Below are positions 8,148 through 18,204 of a stretch of 48,782 nt of DNA, piece by piece. The stretch comes from a virus (taxonomy: Duplodnaviria; Caudoviricetes): positions 1 through 48,782 of IMG/VR virus record IMGVR_UViG_3300037424_000640. The stretch is one strand, 5' to 3'. The position numbers were made by a program, and so were the translations under genes. The notes under the pieces were generated by a model. It made no database searches, was not told the origin of the DNA, and saw nothing but the letters and a program-made list of their open reading frames with translations. Position 1 is the stretch's first letter, and each line of letters opens with the position of its first letter.

Positions 8148-8472
8148 ATGGTGTCCGGCTGGGAAGATATTTTGTGAAAATGTTTGTAGACTTGATGGTT
8201 GGAAAGATGATAAATGCAAACTTGGAGGAGTAACCTCAATCGCATATATGGGTTATTGCTTTTGGTCTGACCGCCAGCGCCCGCCGCAAGTTGAACCTAC
8301 ATTCGCACAGGAAATCGACCATGCTTTTAATCAGGGCATCGACGCGGCGATTGCGGCGGTGGAGAACAATTCTGCTGAATTTCATGGCAATGGAATTACT
8401 GGAGCGGATAGGGTATGCCGTGCATTAAAATCCGATATTTTGGAAACCATATTGGCGCTAAAGAGAGGATGA
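8134..8472 (+). CDS. Cys-rich hypothetical protein
   Basis: GGAGG RBS; the N-terminus CPAGKIFC resembles CPLGKINC in the 41951 ORF. Confidence 0.6.
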   Translation: MSESKWCPAGKIFCENVCRLDGWKDDKCKLGGVTSIAYMGYCFWSDRQRPPQVEPTFAQEIDHAFNQGIDAAIAAVENNSAEFHGNGITGADRVCRALKSDILETILALKRG

Positions 8473-8473
8473 A

Positions 8474-8728
8474 ATGGATGAGAAATATTTCGGGGAACTC
8501 AACGAATGCGTTTGTATTGGAGTAACGGAATCGGCATGGTTATCTGACAAAGCAAAACCAATAATCCGCCAAATCTTCCTTGACGGCAGGCGAGAGCAGG
8601 CGAGGCTAGATAGGGAGGCGGTAGAGAAAATACCTTGGCCAAAAGAGAATTTTACCGAAGACCAAATAAATTTTTGTGGCGGTGTTATTATTACTGCCCT
8701 TGACGAGGCTAAAATGGAGGGGAAATGA
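8474..8728 (+). CDS. Hypothetical protein
   Basis: RBS and packing. Confidence 0.6.
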   Translation: MDEKYFGELNECVCIGVTESAWLSDKAKPIIRQIFLDGRREQARLDREAVEKIPWPKENFTEDQINFCGGVIITALDEAKMEGK

Positions 8729-8952
8729 ATGCTGAATATTTGAAAAAAATAAAAAATGCAATATGCGAGGCGTTTTACAGTCCGGCATCTGCATCTAGCA
8801 AATTAGATATAGTTATTGAGCAAATCGCTATGGACCAGCGAGAGGCGTGTGCGAAGGCTATAGTGCCAATAAACATTGCATATCACGGTTCGTGGAGTTC
8901 TTTGGAATATGAGGACTTAGACAGAGCCATCCGCAATGCGGAGATTGAATGA
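8725..8952 (+). CDS. Hypothetical protein
   Basis: QREACAKA...AIRN motif; ATGA overlaps. Confidence 0.6.
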   Translation: MNAEYLKKIKNAICEAFYSPASASSKLDIVIEQIAMDQREACAKAIVPINIAYHGSWSSLEYEDLDRAIRNAEIE

Positions 8953-9155
8953 GCGACCGGCAATTGTACTACGGCTCAGACCACAAGACAATCGGGCCGG
9001 CGGAGCCGCCCGATGTGCCGGAAGATGTTTTTGATAAGCGTATGCGATTGGGCGAGGGGTGCCACTTTAAGGTTGACGGTGAATGCCATTGCGATTCAGA
9101 TGATTGGTCTGAATATTGTTGGGGTGTAGCAACTTGCCCCAACGGTCTTTGGTGA
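8949..9155 (+). CDS. Small Cys-containing hypothetical protein
   Basis: ATGA overlap. Confidence 0.5.
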   Translation: MSDRQLYYGSDHKTIGPAEPPDVPEDVFDKRMRLGEGCHFKVDGECHCDSDDWSEYCWGVATCPNGLW

Positions 9156-9449
9156 CAAATGATTAACAAACTCATACCGTGGATAACTTACACCGTTTTT
9201 ATTTTATGTTTTTATGCGCTTTTAAATTTAGCGATAATGATGGTTGAAATATACAATGTAATTGTGGCCTTAATTTTATCTGGTATTGTGGTTTGGAAAT
9301 TTGACGGTTGGTGGAGGTAAGATGAAAGAAGCAGTAGATGAAAATATTTGTCCGTTTGGAAAAATGTTTTCAAGATATTCAACCGAGTGCGAGGATTGTG
9401 AATTATATGAAAATTGTTATGAACACGAATATCCAGAGGAAACAGACAG

Positions 9450-9698
9450 ATGAAATTCCTACTTTTCAGTGGTTCCCACTGTAAAAACTGCCCGGCAATG
9501 AAAAAAAATCTTGAAACCGTTGGTATTGCCTATGATGAAATTTCAACCGATACAAAAACTGGTGCCATGATGTCCGGCGTTATGCACGTTAGGGCATTGC
9601 CAACATTGGTTATTACCAAGGGTGGTAAGCCGATTGAGAGTTTTCCCGGTGTCAGGCCGTTGGATGAGTTGGAAAAAATTAAGAGGAAATACAAATGA
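9450..9698 (+). CDS. Thioredoxin/glutaredoxin-like protein
   Basis: CKNC active site and VRALPTLV cis-Pro loop. Confidence 0.85.
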   Translation: MKFLLFSGSHCKNCPAMKKNLETVGIAYDEISTDTKTGAMMSGVMHVRALPTLVITKGGKPIESFPGVRPLDELEKIKRKYK

Positions 9699-9885
9699 CC
9701 GCCCGTTCCATAATCAAGCAATATGCCAAACTTTTCATCAACAAGTATGACATTCGGTATGGTCGCAAAACCGGCAAGTTGAAATTTTTTAAGGTCACAT
9801 ATCGTGACCATAAAACGTTACACAATGGTTATCGCTATACAAATGACGATGTTCAGTAATGGTTGAAAATAACAGGGAGAGTGAA

Positions 9886-10749
9886 ATGAGTAACAACTTC
9901 AAATGTCCACGATGCAATGGCAATGTCAAGGCGAGTGGTTTGGCTGGTAGTGGCAAGCAGAGATATACCTGTAAGGACTGCGGATTTCGTACTACCACGC
10001 CGCTTGATAAAGATGCCGAAAGCGTTATGGTGCAGAAAAATCTTATCATTACCGACACCCATGCGCCATTTGAAAACAAACGAGCATTTGCGGCAGTATG
10101 TGAATATTCGGAATTTTATAAACCGCACCGAATCGTACATTTGGGGGATGTTGGGGATTATCAATCGGTTAGTCATTGGCTGAAAAACAAACGTTTGACA
10201 CTGGAGGGACTAAATATTGAAGATGATTTATACCACGCTGCCGAAATATTGCGAGTGATTGGCAATACTTCACCAGATGCCGAAAAAATAGTCCTGATTG
10301 GTAATCATGAAAAATGGGTGTACGATTATATTGAGGAACACCCGGAGATACGCAAGAGCATAGACTTGTCGCTGTCTTATAAATTGGTGGGTTTTATTTC
10401 AAAACCGTTCAACGAACTTTACAAAATCGGAAAATTGTATTTAACGCATGGTCTTTACACCAATCTTTACCATGCCGCAAAAACAGTACACTCCCTATCG
10501 GCAAGCGTCATGTACGGACATACCCACGACGATCAGAAACATACCGAGTCATTCCTTGACGGTGAGAAGTCGGCGCAAGCTATCGGTTGTTTATGCGATC
10601 TGAACCCGGTATATTTGCAGAATAGGCCGAAGCGTTGGGTAAATGGTTTTGCCACCGTTGACATACTGCCCAACGGCCAGTTCTTCCCAGACTTTATTAA
10701 AATAATTGACGGTCGCTTTTGCAGAATGGGAAAAATTTATGGAAATTAA
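9886..10749 (+). CDS. Calcineurin-like metallophosphoesterase with N-terminal zinc ribbon
   Basis: DTH, HLGDVGD, GNHE, HG and GHTH motifs; CPRC...GKQRYTCKDC. Alternative start at 9859. Confidence 0.85.
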   Translation: MSNNFKCPRCNGNVKASGLAGSGKQRYTCKDCGFRTTTPLDKDAESVMVQKNLIITDTHAPFENKRAFAAVCEYSEFYKPHRIVHLGDVGDYQSVSHWLKNKRLTLEGLNIEDDLYHAAEILRVIGNTSPDAEKIVLIGNHEKWVYDYIEEHPEIRKSIDLSLSYKLVGFISKPFNELYKIGKLYLTHGLYTNLYHAAKTVHSLSASVMYGHTHDDQKHTESFLDGEKSAQAIGCLCDLNPVYLQNRPKRWVNGFATVDILPNGQFFPDFIKIIDGRFCRMGKIYGN

Positions 10750-10933
10750 CTGCGAACTTTGCCACCAGCCAGTAATTAAAGTTGCAAGTAAACTTGTAGT
10801 CGCAAGTTCAAGGTTTGATTTGGATATTGAGGGTTCGGATTTTACAGAAGTGAAATTCTACTGTGAAAATTGCAAGATAACGAGATTTTTGCTTAAATCA
10901 GTTGAAAAATCTGAAAATTACGCCATAATATGA
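10739..10933 (+). CDS. Small zinc-ribbon protein
   Basis: CELC...CENC. Confidence 0.6.
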   Translation: MEINCELCHQPVIKVASKLVVASSRFDLDIEGSDFTEVKFYCENCKITRFLLKSVEKSENYAII

Positions 10934-10943
10934 ATATGGAAAC

Positions 10944-11217
10944 TGGACGTAAATGTTGGTTCAATTTAGACACCCCACGTGTACCAACTGCCAGTACACT
11001 CGCCGCGCCTCTGACACAAGCGTACTTCGGTGAGTTTTCCAGTGGAAGCGGAACTCCCCATAAACCGAAGCCGGTGGAAGCACGGCAAAAGTGCCAGCCC
11101 TAACGGTTTTCGCCGTTGTACCAGCCCAATGCTTGCCAATGGCTACGCTTGGGAAGTTGCAACCAAAACAACGGCGGTTTAAAATAATGACCACAAATAT
11201 ACCTGGGGTTATTTGAA
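10944..11217 (+). ncRNA. Candidate multibranched structured RNA
   Basis: GC-rich intergenic stretch with at least 6 stems; promoter-like TTGAAA-16 nt-CATAAT at 10902-10929. Confidence 0.55.
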
Positions 11218-11658
11218 ATGAAAGATTTTAAAATAAGTGAGCATTTCACGTTTTTTGAGTTAACCAAGACGCGGGATTTCCCCAACCTACTTGACGAAAA
11301 CCGTGAATACTTTGCAAAAGAGCCGTACATTTCACGATTAACGGTGGCGTGTGAATATCTGTTAGAAAATATACGTATTGAAATTGACAAGCCGATTATC
11401 GTAAATAACGGTGGCAGATTTCCGGCATTGAACGAAGCTGTTGGTGGCGTTTGGAATAGTCAGCATTTGTTCGGTGGTTTCCAAGATGGCGCTTTCGATT
11501 TTTATTGTCCACAAATGTCTGTTGCCGAACTCGGCAAGTACATAACCGATCAGTCCAACCTTAATTGGCATCAGCTACGTATTTATTTGAGCCAGAACTT
11601 TATTCATTTGGGTATGCCACTGGGACACAATGACGGACAGGTAACGGTGATAAAATGA
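11218..11658 (+). CDS. Peptidase M15A-family protein (putative endolysin)
   Basis: SEHFTFFELT, LNEAVGGVWNSQH, AFDF and FIHLG motifs. Confidence 0.85.
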   Translation: MKDFKISEHFTFFELTKTRDFPNLLDENREYFAKEPYISRLTVACEYLLENIRIEIDKPIIVNNGGRFPALNEAVGGVWNSQHLFGGFQDGAFDFYCPQMSVAELGKYITDQSNLNWHQLRIYLSQNFIHLGMPLGHNDGQVTVIK

Positions 11659-11942
11659 AAATACTTGGTGCTAATTACGAAGTTAAATATATGACCCAAC
11701 GGGATAGTAACGACTCCGGCGATTGCGATTGGAGATTTCAGATTATCAGATTACAGGACAATTATTGTACGGAAGCCCTACTGGAAACACTAATACATGA
11801 GGTAATTGAAGCTATCAATATAAAATTACAGTTGGAATTGCCACATCCGGCAATAACCTCTTTGGCATCGAGCATATTTGCTGTAATGAACGACAATGGC
11901 ATTGATTTAAAACCATTATTGCCAGCAAATGAGGGGTTTTAA
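11655..11942 (+). CDS. Zincin-like small phage protein (HExxE variant)
   Basis: ETLIHEVIEAI. Confidence 0.65.
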   Translation: MKILGANYEVKYMTQRDSNDSGDCDWRFQIIRLQDNYCTEALLETLIHEVIEAINIKLQLELPHPAITSLASSIFAVMNDNGIDLKPLLPANEGF

Positions 11943-12016
11943 AATGTTCCCGATATTTTTAATTTTCTGTTTATTTTGTATGCTTTATATTTGGGATTTG
12001 ATGGGAGGAAACCGAA

Positions 12017-12601
12017 ATGACGGAATTTATAGAATTTGGAAAAATTTCACGTTTATCCAGAGAATGTGTGATAACAGAAAAAATTGACGGGACAAACGCC
12101 CAAATTTTTATCGGTGAAGATGGAAAATTTCTAACAGGTAGCCGAACTCGGTGGATTCAACCGGGCAATGACAACCAAGGTTTTTCTAAATGGGCTAACG
12201 AACACAAAGAAGAACTTTTGAAACTTGGCCCCGGAAGGCATTTTGGCGAATGGTGGGGGTCTGGAATACAGCGCGGATATGGTTTGCGAAAGGGTGAGAA
12301 ACGATTTTCTCTTTTTAACGTCAACCGTTGGGGAGAAGGTCGAGATAAAGAAAAATATCCCGAAAATAATTTACCATCCTGCTGTTACGTAGTTCCAATT
12401 TTACGGGATGGAATTTTCGATACCGACATGGTGCGCGACGCTCTTTTCCATTTGGAAAAAGACGGTAGTGCCGCGGCTCCAGGATTTATGAAACCGGAAG
12501 GTATTGTAATTTTTCATACGGCTGCAAATATGATGTTTAAAAAAACAATCGAAAAAGACGAAGTTCCAAAATCATACCGATCAAATGGGGTGACCAAATG
12601 A
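12017..12601 (+). CDS. RNA ligase (Rnl2-like nucleotidyltransferase)
   Basis: EKIDGTN adenylation motif, GEWWG and PEGIV. Confidence 0.85.
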   Translation: MTEFIEFGKISRLSRECVITEKIDGTNAQIFIGEDGKFLTGSRTRWIQPGNDNQGFSKWANEHKEELLKLGPGRHFGEWWGSGIQRGYGLRKGEKRFSLFNVNRWGEGRDKEKYPENNLPSCCYVVPILRDGIFDTDMVRDALFHLEKDGSAAAPGFMKPEGIVIFHTAANMMFKKTIEKDEVPKSYRSNGVTK

Positions 12602-12822
12602 TAAAAGACAAATGCGCTCCTGCGATATGGCGAAAGTTTACGCCAGAACAGAAAACATGGTGGTTAAAGTTTTACAATGCCATGAACGAGCCGATGAACT
12701 TTCCGGCACCGTTTGACAAAGAAGATAATGACAGCCAAAAGTTGCGCCATGTGGTTGCACACAACATGGCGACCTTGGCGGTTTGGGAAATGAATGGATT
12801 GGCGGGTGGGAAGGAAATATGA
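12598..12822 (+). CDS. Hypothetical protein
   Basis: ATGA overlaps; VAHNMA motif. Confidence 0.6.
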   Translation: MIKDKCAPAIWRKFTPEQKTWWLKFYNAMNEPMNFPAPFDKEDNDSQKLRHVVAHNMATLAVWEMNGLAGGKEI

Positions 12823-12992
12823 TATTGGTAATATTTTTTGTTTTTAGTTCAATGTGCGGATTTATTTCTATTTACGATTTATATAAAGAACGTGGGTATT
12901 TCAATGTTCTTCAATTGATTATTTTTTTATGTTCTGTTTTTCTTTTAATTTTAGCATGGTTTGATTTCATTCATCTGGCAGAGGTAACATGA
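12819..12992 (+). CDS. Small two-TM membrane protein
   Basis: Two hydrophobic segments. Confidence 0.5.
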   Translation: MILVIFFVFSSMCGFISIYDLYKERGYFNVLQLIIFLCSVFLLILAWFDFIHLAEVT

Positions 12993-13360
12993 AGCGCACT
13001 TACCGCTATTCCCTCATTGTCACGCTGATCGGTTTTGCTATTTACCGTTGGAAAAAATACTTTGGGGAGATGTTCTGATGAATTCCGATTGTGGAAAACT
13101 AATTGACCGTGATTGTGAATTGGTTATATTTCAATTTTTACCGTGGATTGGGTATAATTCCTATCTGTGGATTGGAAAAACAACAAAACGGATTTCTATT
13201 GGATGGCTATTGTGGTATTTTACAATTGAGATTGACTAATGGGCGAGGCACGTAGACGCAAACTGGCCGGTGACAAAACATTCAAAGGTTCCAACTACAA
13301 GATCGCCCAATGGCGTTTTATACAGAGATTTAAAAAAATGATGGAACAGAGGAGGAAGAA

Positions 13361-13999
13361 GTGAAAAAATATTTACCATACATTGCCATCGGTATTCTGC
13401 TTATTGTGGTATATTATCAGCAATCTTGCATAAATAATGCAAATGACGAGGCGATTGCACAAATGATGCAAGAAAAAGTTATGGCAAAATGGCGCAGTAA
13501 GTGGACAAATATGTCCAATAGTTACAATGAAAAAATTGCCAAACTCATGGTAGAAAAGGCAAAAGTTGATACGGATTTGGCAAATACGGGCAAAAAAGCC
13601 GATGAATTTGCCGCAAAAAGCGAAGAACGTAGAAAAGAACTGCTTAAAATAAAAGATTGCCCGACCAGAGCGAAAGGGCTTGACCATGCGTTATTCGCTT
13701 GCAATAATTTCACTTTGGCGCTTAAATGTCAATATGACTTGGGCATATTTGCACTTAATTTGTCATGGAATGGGATTGTGGCAGAAAAGAACAAGCAAAT
13801 AAGCGACCAGGATGCCATGTACGGCGCGTTGGTTATCGAGCATGGGGATTTGGTCAAGAAGTACACGATCGCCAAATTAAGGGCTATGCGAAGGCTGAAT
13901 TTTGGCGGTTTTTGTGGCTACGACTTCCTAAATAAACGATTTTCGGCAGGGTTGGGGTTTACGATAGACCTAATTAAAATTCCGATAAAGATATTTTAG
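13361..13999 (+). CDS. Membrane-anchored coiled-coil protein (spanin-like)
   Basis: N-terminal TM, coiled coil and C-terminal beta-hairpin; AGGAGG RBS. Confidence 0.55.
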   Translation: MKKYLPYIAIGILLIVVYYQQSCINNANDEAIAQMMQEKVMAKWRSKWTNMSNSYNEKIAKLMVEKAKVDTDLANTGKKADEFAAKSEERRKELLKIKDCPTRAKGLDHALFACNNFTLALKCQYDLGIFALNLSWNGIVAEKNKQISDQDAMYGALVIEHGDLVKKYTIAKLRAMRRLNFGGFCGYDFLNKRFSAGLGFTIDLIKIPIKIF

Positions 14000-14205
14000 G
14001 AGGAAATATGCGACACAAGAAAATAGGTTTTATTAAAAACCTGATAATTGGGCATTCTATTGCAATGCAACAATTTAGAAGTATGCACGATTATCTTGGT
14101 TTATTTTGGATGATATTGGGAAACGGTTGGCTTGCGGTGGCAATTTATGCGGCATTTAAAGTTTTTGGTATCAAGTGAATAAACTTATCGCCGTCAGGGT
14201 TGAAC

Positions 14206-14427
14206 ATGAAACGTAAACCGATACAAAAACCAACGCACCGAGTCGGTTGCATTATGGGAAATGATACATTTGACAAACTTTGGATTGTATCAGAATGGAC
14301 AAGAAATTCGGTTGCCGAAACAATGCGCCGATTATTGGAGGTTTGCATTGATACACAATACAAATTAATTGATACAAAACTATTGCCCGAACTTAAAAAT
14401 AGGGTGATGCTTAAAAGGGGGAAATAA
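14206..14427 (+). CDS. RHH-like hypothetical protein
   Basis: RVGCIM...SVAETMRRLL. Confidence 0.5.
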   Translation: MKRKPIQKPTHRVGCIMGNDTFDKLWIVSEWTRNSVAETMRRLLEVCIDTQYKLIDTKLLPELKNRVMLKRGK

Positions 14428-14428
14428 A

Positions 14429-14608
14429 GTGCCGTTAGAAAAGGGGTCAGATAACATTACGGTCAGCAAAAATATTTCGGAACTTATGGCCGCAGGCCAT
14501 CCGCAGGACGAAGCAACCGCGATTGCCATGCGTGTTGCTGGTAAGGCCAAACCGGAGAACAAAAAAGACGATGGACATAAAAACAAAAAGACAAATAAGA
14601 AAAAATAA
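14429..14608 (+). CDS. Small basic phage protein (MPL.KG...NISELM..G.P...A.AIAM family; not in ORF track)
   Basis: GTG start: MPLEKGSDNITVSKNISELMAAGHPQDEATAIAMRVAGK... Confidence 0.7.
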   Translation: MPLEKGSDNITVSKNISELMAAGHPQDEATAIAMRVAGKAKPENKKDDGHKNKKTNKKK

Positions 14609-14636
14609 CAGGCGGAAGTTTGTCGAGTGGGTGTGG

Positions 14637-17600
14637 TCACTTGGTTTTATTTAAAATATTTTCATAATCAATACCACTTAATTTAAACGGTATTTGATTT
14701 TTTTTACCACCGAATGTGTTTGTGCCGATACCAAGACTATCTGATATTATTCCAATTAAAAATGGTGCCGACTTAGGGTCTTTTAAAAGTTCTTCGGCAT
14801 TTTGAACCGGCATTGGGAATGTAAGATTTTTTATGGTTCCCCAAACCGTTGGCTTTTCTCTGGTAAATTTATCTCTGGAATTTAACAGATCGGTTGCCAC
14901 ACCCATTATCGGAGAAAATTTACCCTCAAAGAAATTATAAACAACATCTTTCCTTGTCATTGAGCCAAATTTATCAGTTCCCAATTCGTTTATTTTACCG
15001 GTGGTTGCGCTTTTTGTTGAATTTTGCAATAGTCTTGAAGCCAAAACCACGAGCGAAGATGCGCCACCAGTTACATCAAAGCGCGTATTCACGATTTTTA
15101 TTTTACCGAAATCAGAACTGCGAGAATCAAGTTCCACACTGTCCGGTTTTAATATTTTAGCAATAGCAAGTATGGCGGCAGTTCCCATTGCGGCACTAAG
15201 CAAATTAATTGCCGCCTGTTTTCTGACAAACGGTGTTTCTTTTGGATTAACTGGCATGGTTAATAAATCAATGTTGCTTTTTAGGTATCTCAATGAGAAG
15301 AAAACATTGTTTACTAACTCCGCATTCTTTTCGAGTTTTCCGATATGACCCCTTCCAGTCATTGAATTTACCAACCGACCAATACTCTGCAATTGTTTTT
15401 CATCACTTAAATTAATGTTGGATTTCTCTCCAATTTCCATCATTTTGTCAAAAATGTCCATTCTTGTTTTATATGCCTGTCCAGCGTATGCCGTTTCGCT
15501 TGCCTTATAAACCTTACCGAAGAACGGTATTGATTCTGGTAATGCCGAAGGGAACGGTTCTTCTGGATTACCAAATGAAAGTTTTGCTTTGGTTGCCTTA
15601 CCATTAATATAATTTGGGCGAGAAACAATATCTGCCATAATTTCACGCATAACGTGCTTTCCACCAAATTGTTTCCAAGCCCAACCGAAAGATTTAATGG
15701 CGTTATCTCTCCAAATTTTATTTGTCGCTGGACGCATTGCGGCTTTTAATCCCTGGCGAAATATGTAACTGTTGTCAAATGCCGCCTTTATTGCCTTTGA
15801 AACACCAGCCGCCTTCACCGCAAGCGTTCCCGGTTGCCGTATTGCCTCACGAAATGTTTGTTTGGTTGCCCTAAACTTTAAATCATTTACATATTCGTGG
15901 AAATCAACCCAAGCCCTACCGTATTCCAATCTATCCCCACCAGATTCCAACGATTGTTTACCCTGACTAACACGATCCGATAATTCAACCACTTTTTGCG
16001 CTTCTTCGTCCGATACTCCGGTGGTACGCCTATCGTTTATTTCCTTTAATTTTTTATATGTTTTAGATAGGCGATCAACTCGCTCCTTTATTCCCTTGGT
16101 TTGCCGATTGAGCCAAGTTTTATATTGTGGATTATCAATATAATTAGACTCTGATATTTTCCCGGTTAATTTTTCCCCACGTTTATTTAATTTATTTTCA
16201 TAACGTATGGTTTTTTTTGTTTGCCAAATAGCGGACAGGCGTTGCAGTTCTTGCTCATGTTTAAGCATGGCGGCATCAAGTTCTTTTTGTGCAGTTAGCA
16301 ATCTGCGATCTTCCAATTCTGCAATTCTGGGTTTTTCTTTTCTTACTTCATTTGCTTTTTCTATGGTTTTATTTACATCAATAATTGCAACAACAGGATT
16401 TTCCGGGTCGCTTTCAGCCAAAACATTTAATTCCTGACCGGCACGACTTATACTTTGGGGATTTCCCTTAGTAAGTTCACGAACAAATTGAACATCTTTA
16501 TTTTTAGCCGCCCATTCCATTGCATCTTTAAATACGGATGAACCCATAAGCGGAACACCATCGGCACCCTTTGTGTATGGTATTTCATCTTTTCCGGTAG
16601 CATATCTTTTCCATTGTTCAAGATCGGCATTACGCAATTCCTCGGACATACGTTTCTGCTCTGGCCTATTATAAACCAAATGTTCGGAAACCTTACCGGA
16701 TTCACCAAGCAAACCTTTGTCAATTGCCTTTCGTTCCAAATCAACGGCGTGTTTATCGAGTGCCGTTTTCGGTTCTACAACCGGTATCGGTTTCGCCGTT
16801 TGCGTGATTACTTCTGGGGGTGCTTCTGCGGTTGAATATTCTGGTATTACCGTTTCATCACCTTGTGGTTTTGAAATATTAAGTTTTTTAATTAATTTTG
16901 GATTGGTAACTTCTTGCGTTGGCCCCTTGCCAAATTCTTCCCAACCCGGTTTACCGGCAATCGGACGATATGCTTTATTTTCAGTACCGTATATTTTGGC
17001 AACGCCCTCGTCACCAAGTTTACCAATTGATACAATATTTCCGTTTTTATCAAGTACGGTTTCTTGCCTACGGGCAAGTTCCTCTAATGATACGGCTTTA
17101 TCTTTGCCGGTTGATGGGCGGGTAGGTTCGGTTACTTCTGGTGATTTCGGAATTTCCGGTATGGCAAGCCCGTATTTTTCAAGTGTTCCCGGTGTAACCA
17201 TGCTACCTTCTGCAGAATGACCCTTCTTTGTAATATTAAATAACGGTATTGGTTCTCCACCAGGATTCTCTTGCATACCAATAAATACCGCATCGGGTAT
17301 TCGCTCAATCGTCTTGGCAATCGTCGGTTCTGGGGCATCCTGGGGCTTAATTTGCGGCGTTTCGGCAACTAACGGTTCCAACTTACTGCCGGTGGGCACT
17401 TCGGATACTTTTTGTTGGGCTTGTTCTTTTTGTTTCTTGCCACCAATCGGGAATACTGCACCCTGTATAAAATCGGCAATTACTTTTTTCCAATCAATTT
17501 TTGTTGGGTCTTGCCCTTCAATTATTTTTCTGGCAGTTTCTTCAACAATGGGAATACTTGCCATTGCCGTACCGCCAAGTAGTTGTCGGGGGATTAAATT

Positions 17601-18194
17601 TAATTGTTTTTTCCCAATTCCCCCCAATATTTTATCTTGAACAAAACCAACCGCACCGCTTATTGTTCCTTCTTTTAATTGTTTAAGACCACCGCCACCT
17701 TTCCGTTTTGCCTCTGCCGCACCAGTAACAAAACTATATGGCGCTATTCCGGTTACGCCCATGATCGGAACAGATACGGCGGCATGGCCCAATCCCTGTG
17801 CTACCATTTTTGGTATAGAGCCTTCTTCAAATCCCATTTCGGAAGATTTTTGGCCTTGATTAGAAATAACTTCCGCAAGTTTATTGGCAATAGTTGATTG
17901 TTTGTTTTCTACTTCGGTTGGTAATTGTGGTCTGCCACTCATTGCCCCACCCAACCAATCAACACCACGAACCGCACCAGACAAACCTTCCATTGTACCA
18001 GCACCAATATCACCCAATACTTTTACCGGAACAGATTGTGCAATCTTTTCAATCGGAGTTAAATTGAAATCTTCCGGCTTATCACCCAATGCGCGGAAAC
18101 CTTCTGGGATTTTTCTTTTATTTTTATACTCATTTAATATAGAATCATAATCTATCTTTGGACTTTGTTCCTCAATTAATTTATCGTAGTCCAT
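14637..18194 (-). CDS. Large internal virion / DNA-ejection protein
   Basis: 1185 aa, helical, last gene of the virion module; DSRSSDFGKIKIVNTRFD motif. Confidence 0.65.
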   Translation of the reverse strand: MDYDKLIEEQSPKIDYDSILNEYKNKRKIPEGFRALGDKPEDFNLTPIEKIAQSVPVKVLGDIGAGTMEGLSGAVRGVDWLGGAMSGRPQLPTEVENKQSTIANKLAEVISNQGQKSSEMGFEEGSIPKMVAQGLGHAAVSVPIMGVTGIAPYSFVTGAAEAKRKGGGGLKQLKEGTISGAVGFVQDKILGGIGKKQLNLIPRQLLGGTAMASIPIVEETARKIIEGQDPTKIDWKKVIADFIQGAVFPIGGKKQKEQAQQKVSEVPTGSKLEPLVAETPQIKPQDAPEPTIAKTIERIPDAVFIGMQENPGGEPIPLFNITKKGHSAEGSMVTPGTLEKYGLAIPEIPKSPEVTEPTRPSTGKDKAVSLEELARRQETVLDKNGNIVSIGKLGDEGVAKIYGTENKAYRPIAGKPGWEEFGKGPTQEVTNPKLIKKLNISKPQGDETVIPEYSTAEAPPEVITQTAKPIPVVEPKTALDKHAVDLERKAIDKGLLGESGKVSEHLVYNRPEQKRMSEELRNADLEQWKRYATGKDEIPYTKGADGVPLMGSSVFKDAMEWAAKNKDVQFVRELTKGNPQSISRAGQELNVLAESDPENPVVAIIDVNKTIEKANEVRKEKPRIAELEDRRLLTAQKELDAAMLKHEQELQRLSAIWQTKKTIRYENKLNKRGEKLTGKISESNYIDNPQYKTWLNRQTKGIKERVDRLSKTYKKLKEINDRRTTGVSDEEAQKVVELSDRVSQGKQSLESGGDRLEYGRAWVDFHEYVNDLKFRATKQTFREAIRQPGTLAVKAAGVSKAIKAAFDNSYIFRQGLKAAMRPATNKIWRDNAIKSFGWAWKQFGGKHVMREIMADIVSRPNYINGKATKAKLSFGNPEEPFPSALPESIPFFGKVYKASETAYAGQAYKTRMDIFDKMMEIGEKSNINLSDEKQLQSIGRLVNSMTGRGHIGKLEKNAELVNNVFFSLRYLKSNIDLLTMPVNPKETPFVRKQAAINLLSAAMGTAAILAIAKILKPDSVELDSRSSDFGKIKIVNTRFDVTGGASSLVVLASRLLQNSTKSATTGKINELGTDKFGSMTRKDVVYNFFEGKFSPIMGVATDLLNSRDKFTREKPTVWGTIKNLTFPMPVQNAEELLKDPKSAPFLIGIISDSLGIGTNTFGGKKNQIPFKLSGIDYENILNKTK

Positions 18195-18204
18195 TTGCTA
18201 TCCG

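Noticed and set aside
9859-10749. IS1-family insertion sequence
   Set aside because: Only the zinc ribbon resembles InsA. The rest is a metallophosphoesterase and no terminal inverted repeats were seen.
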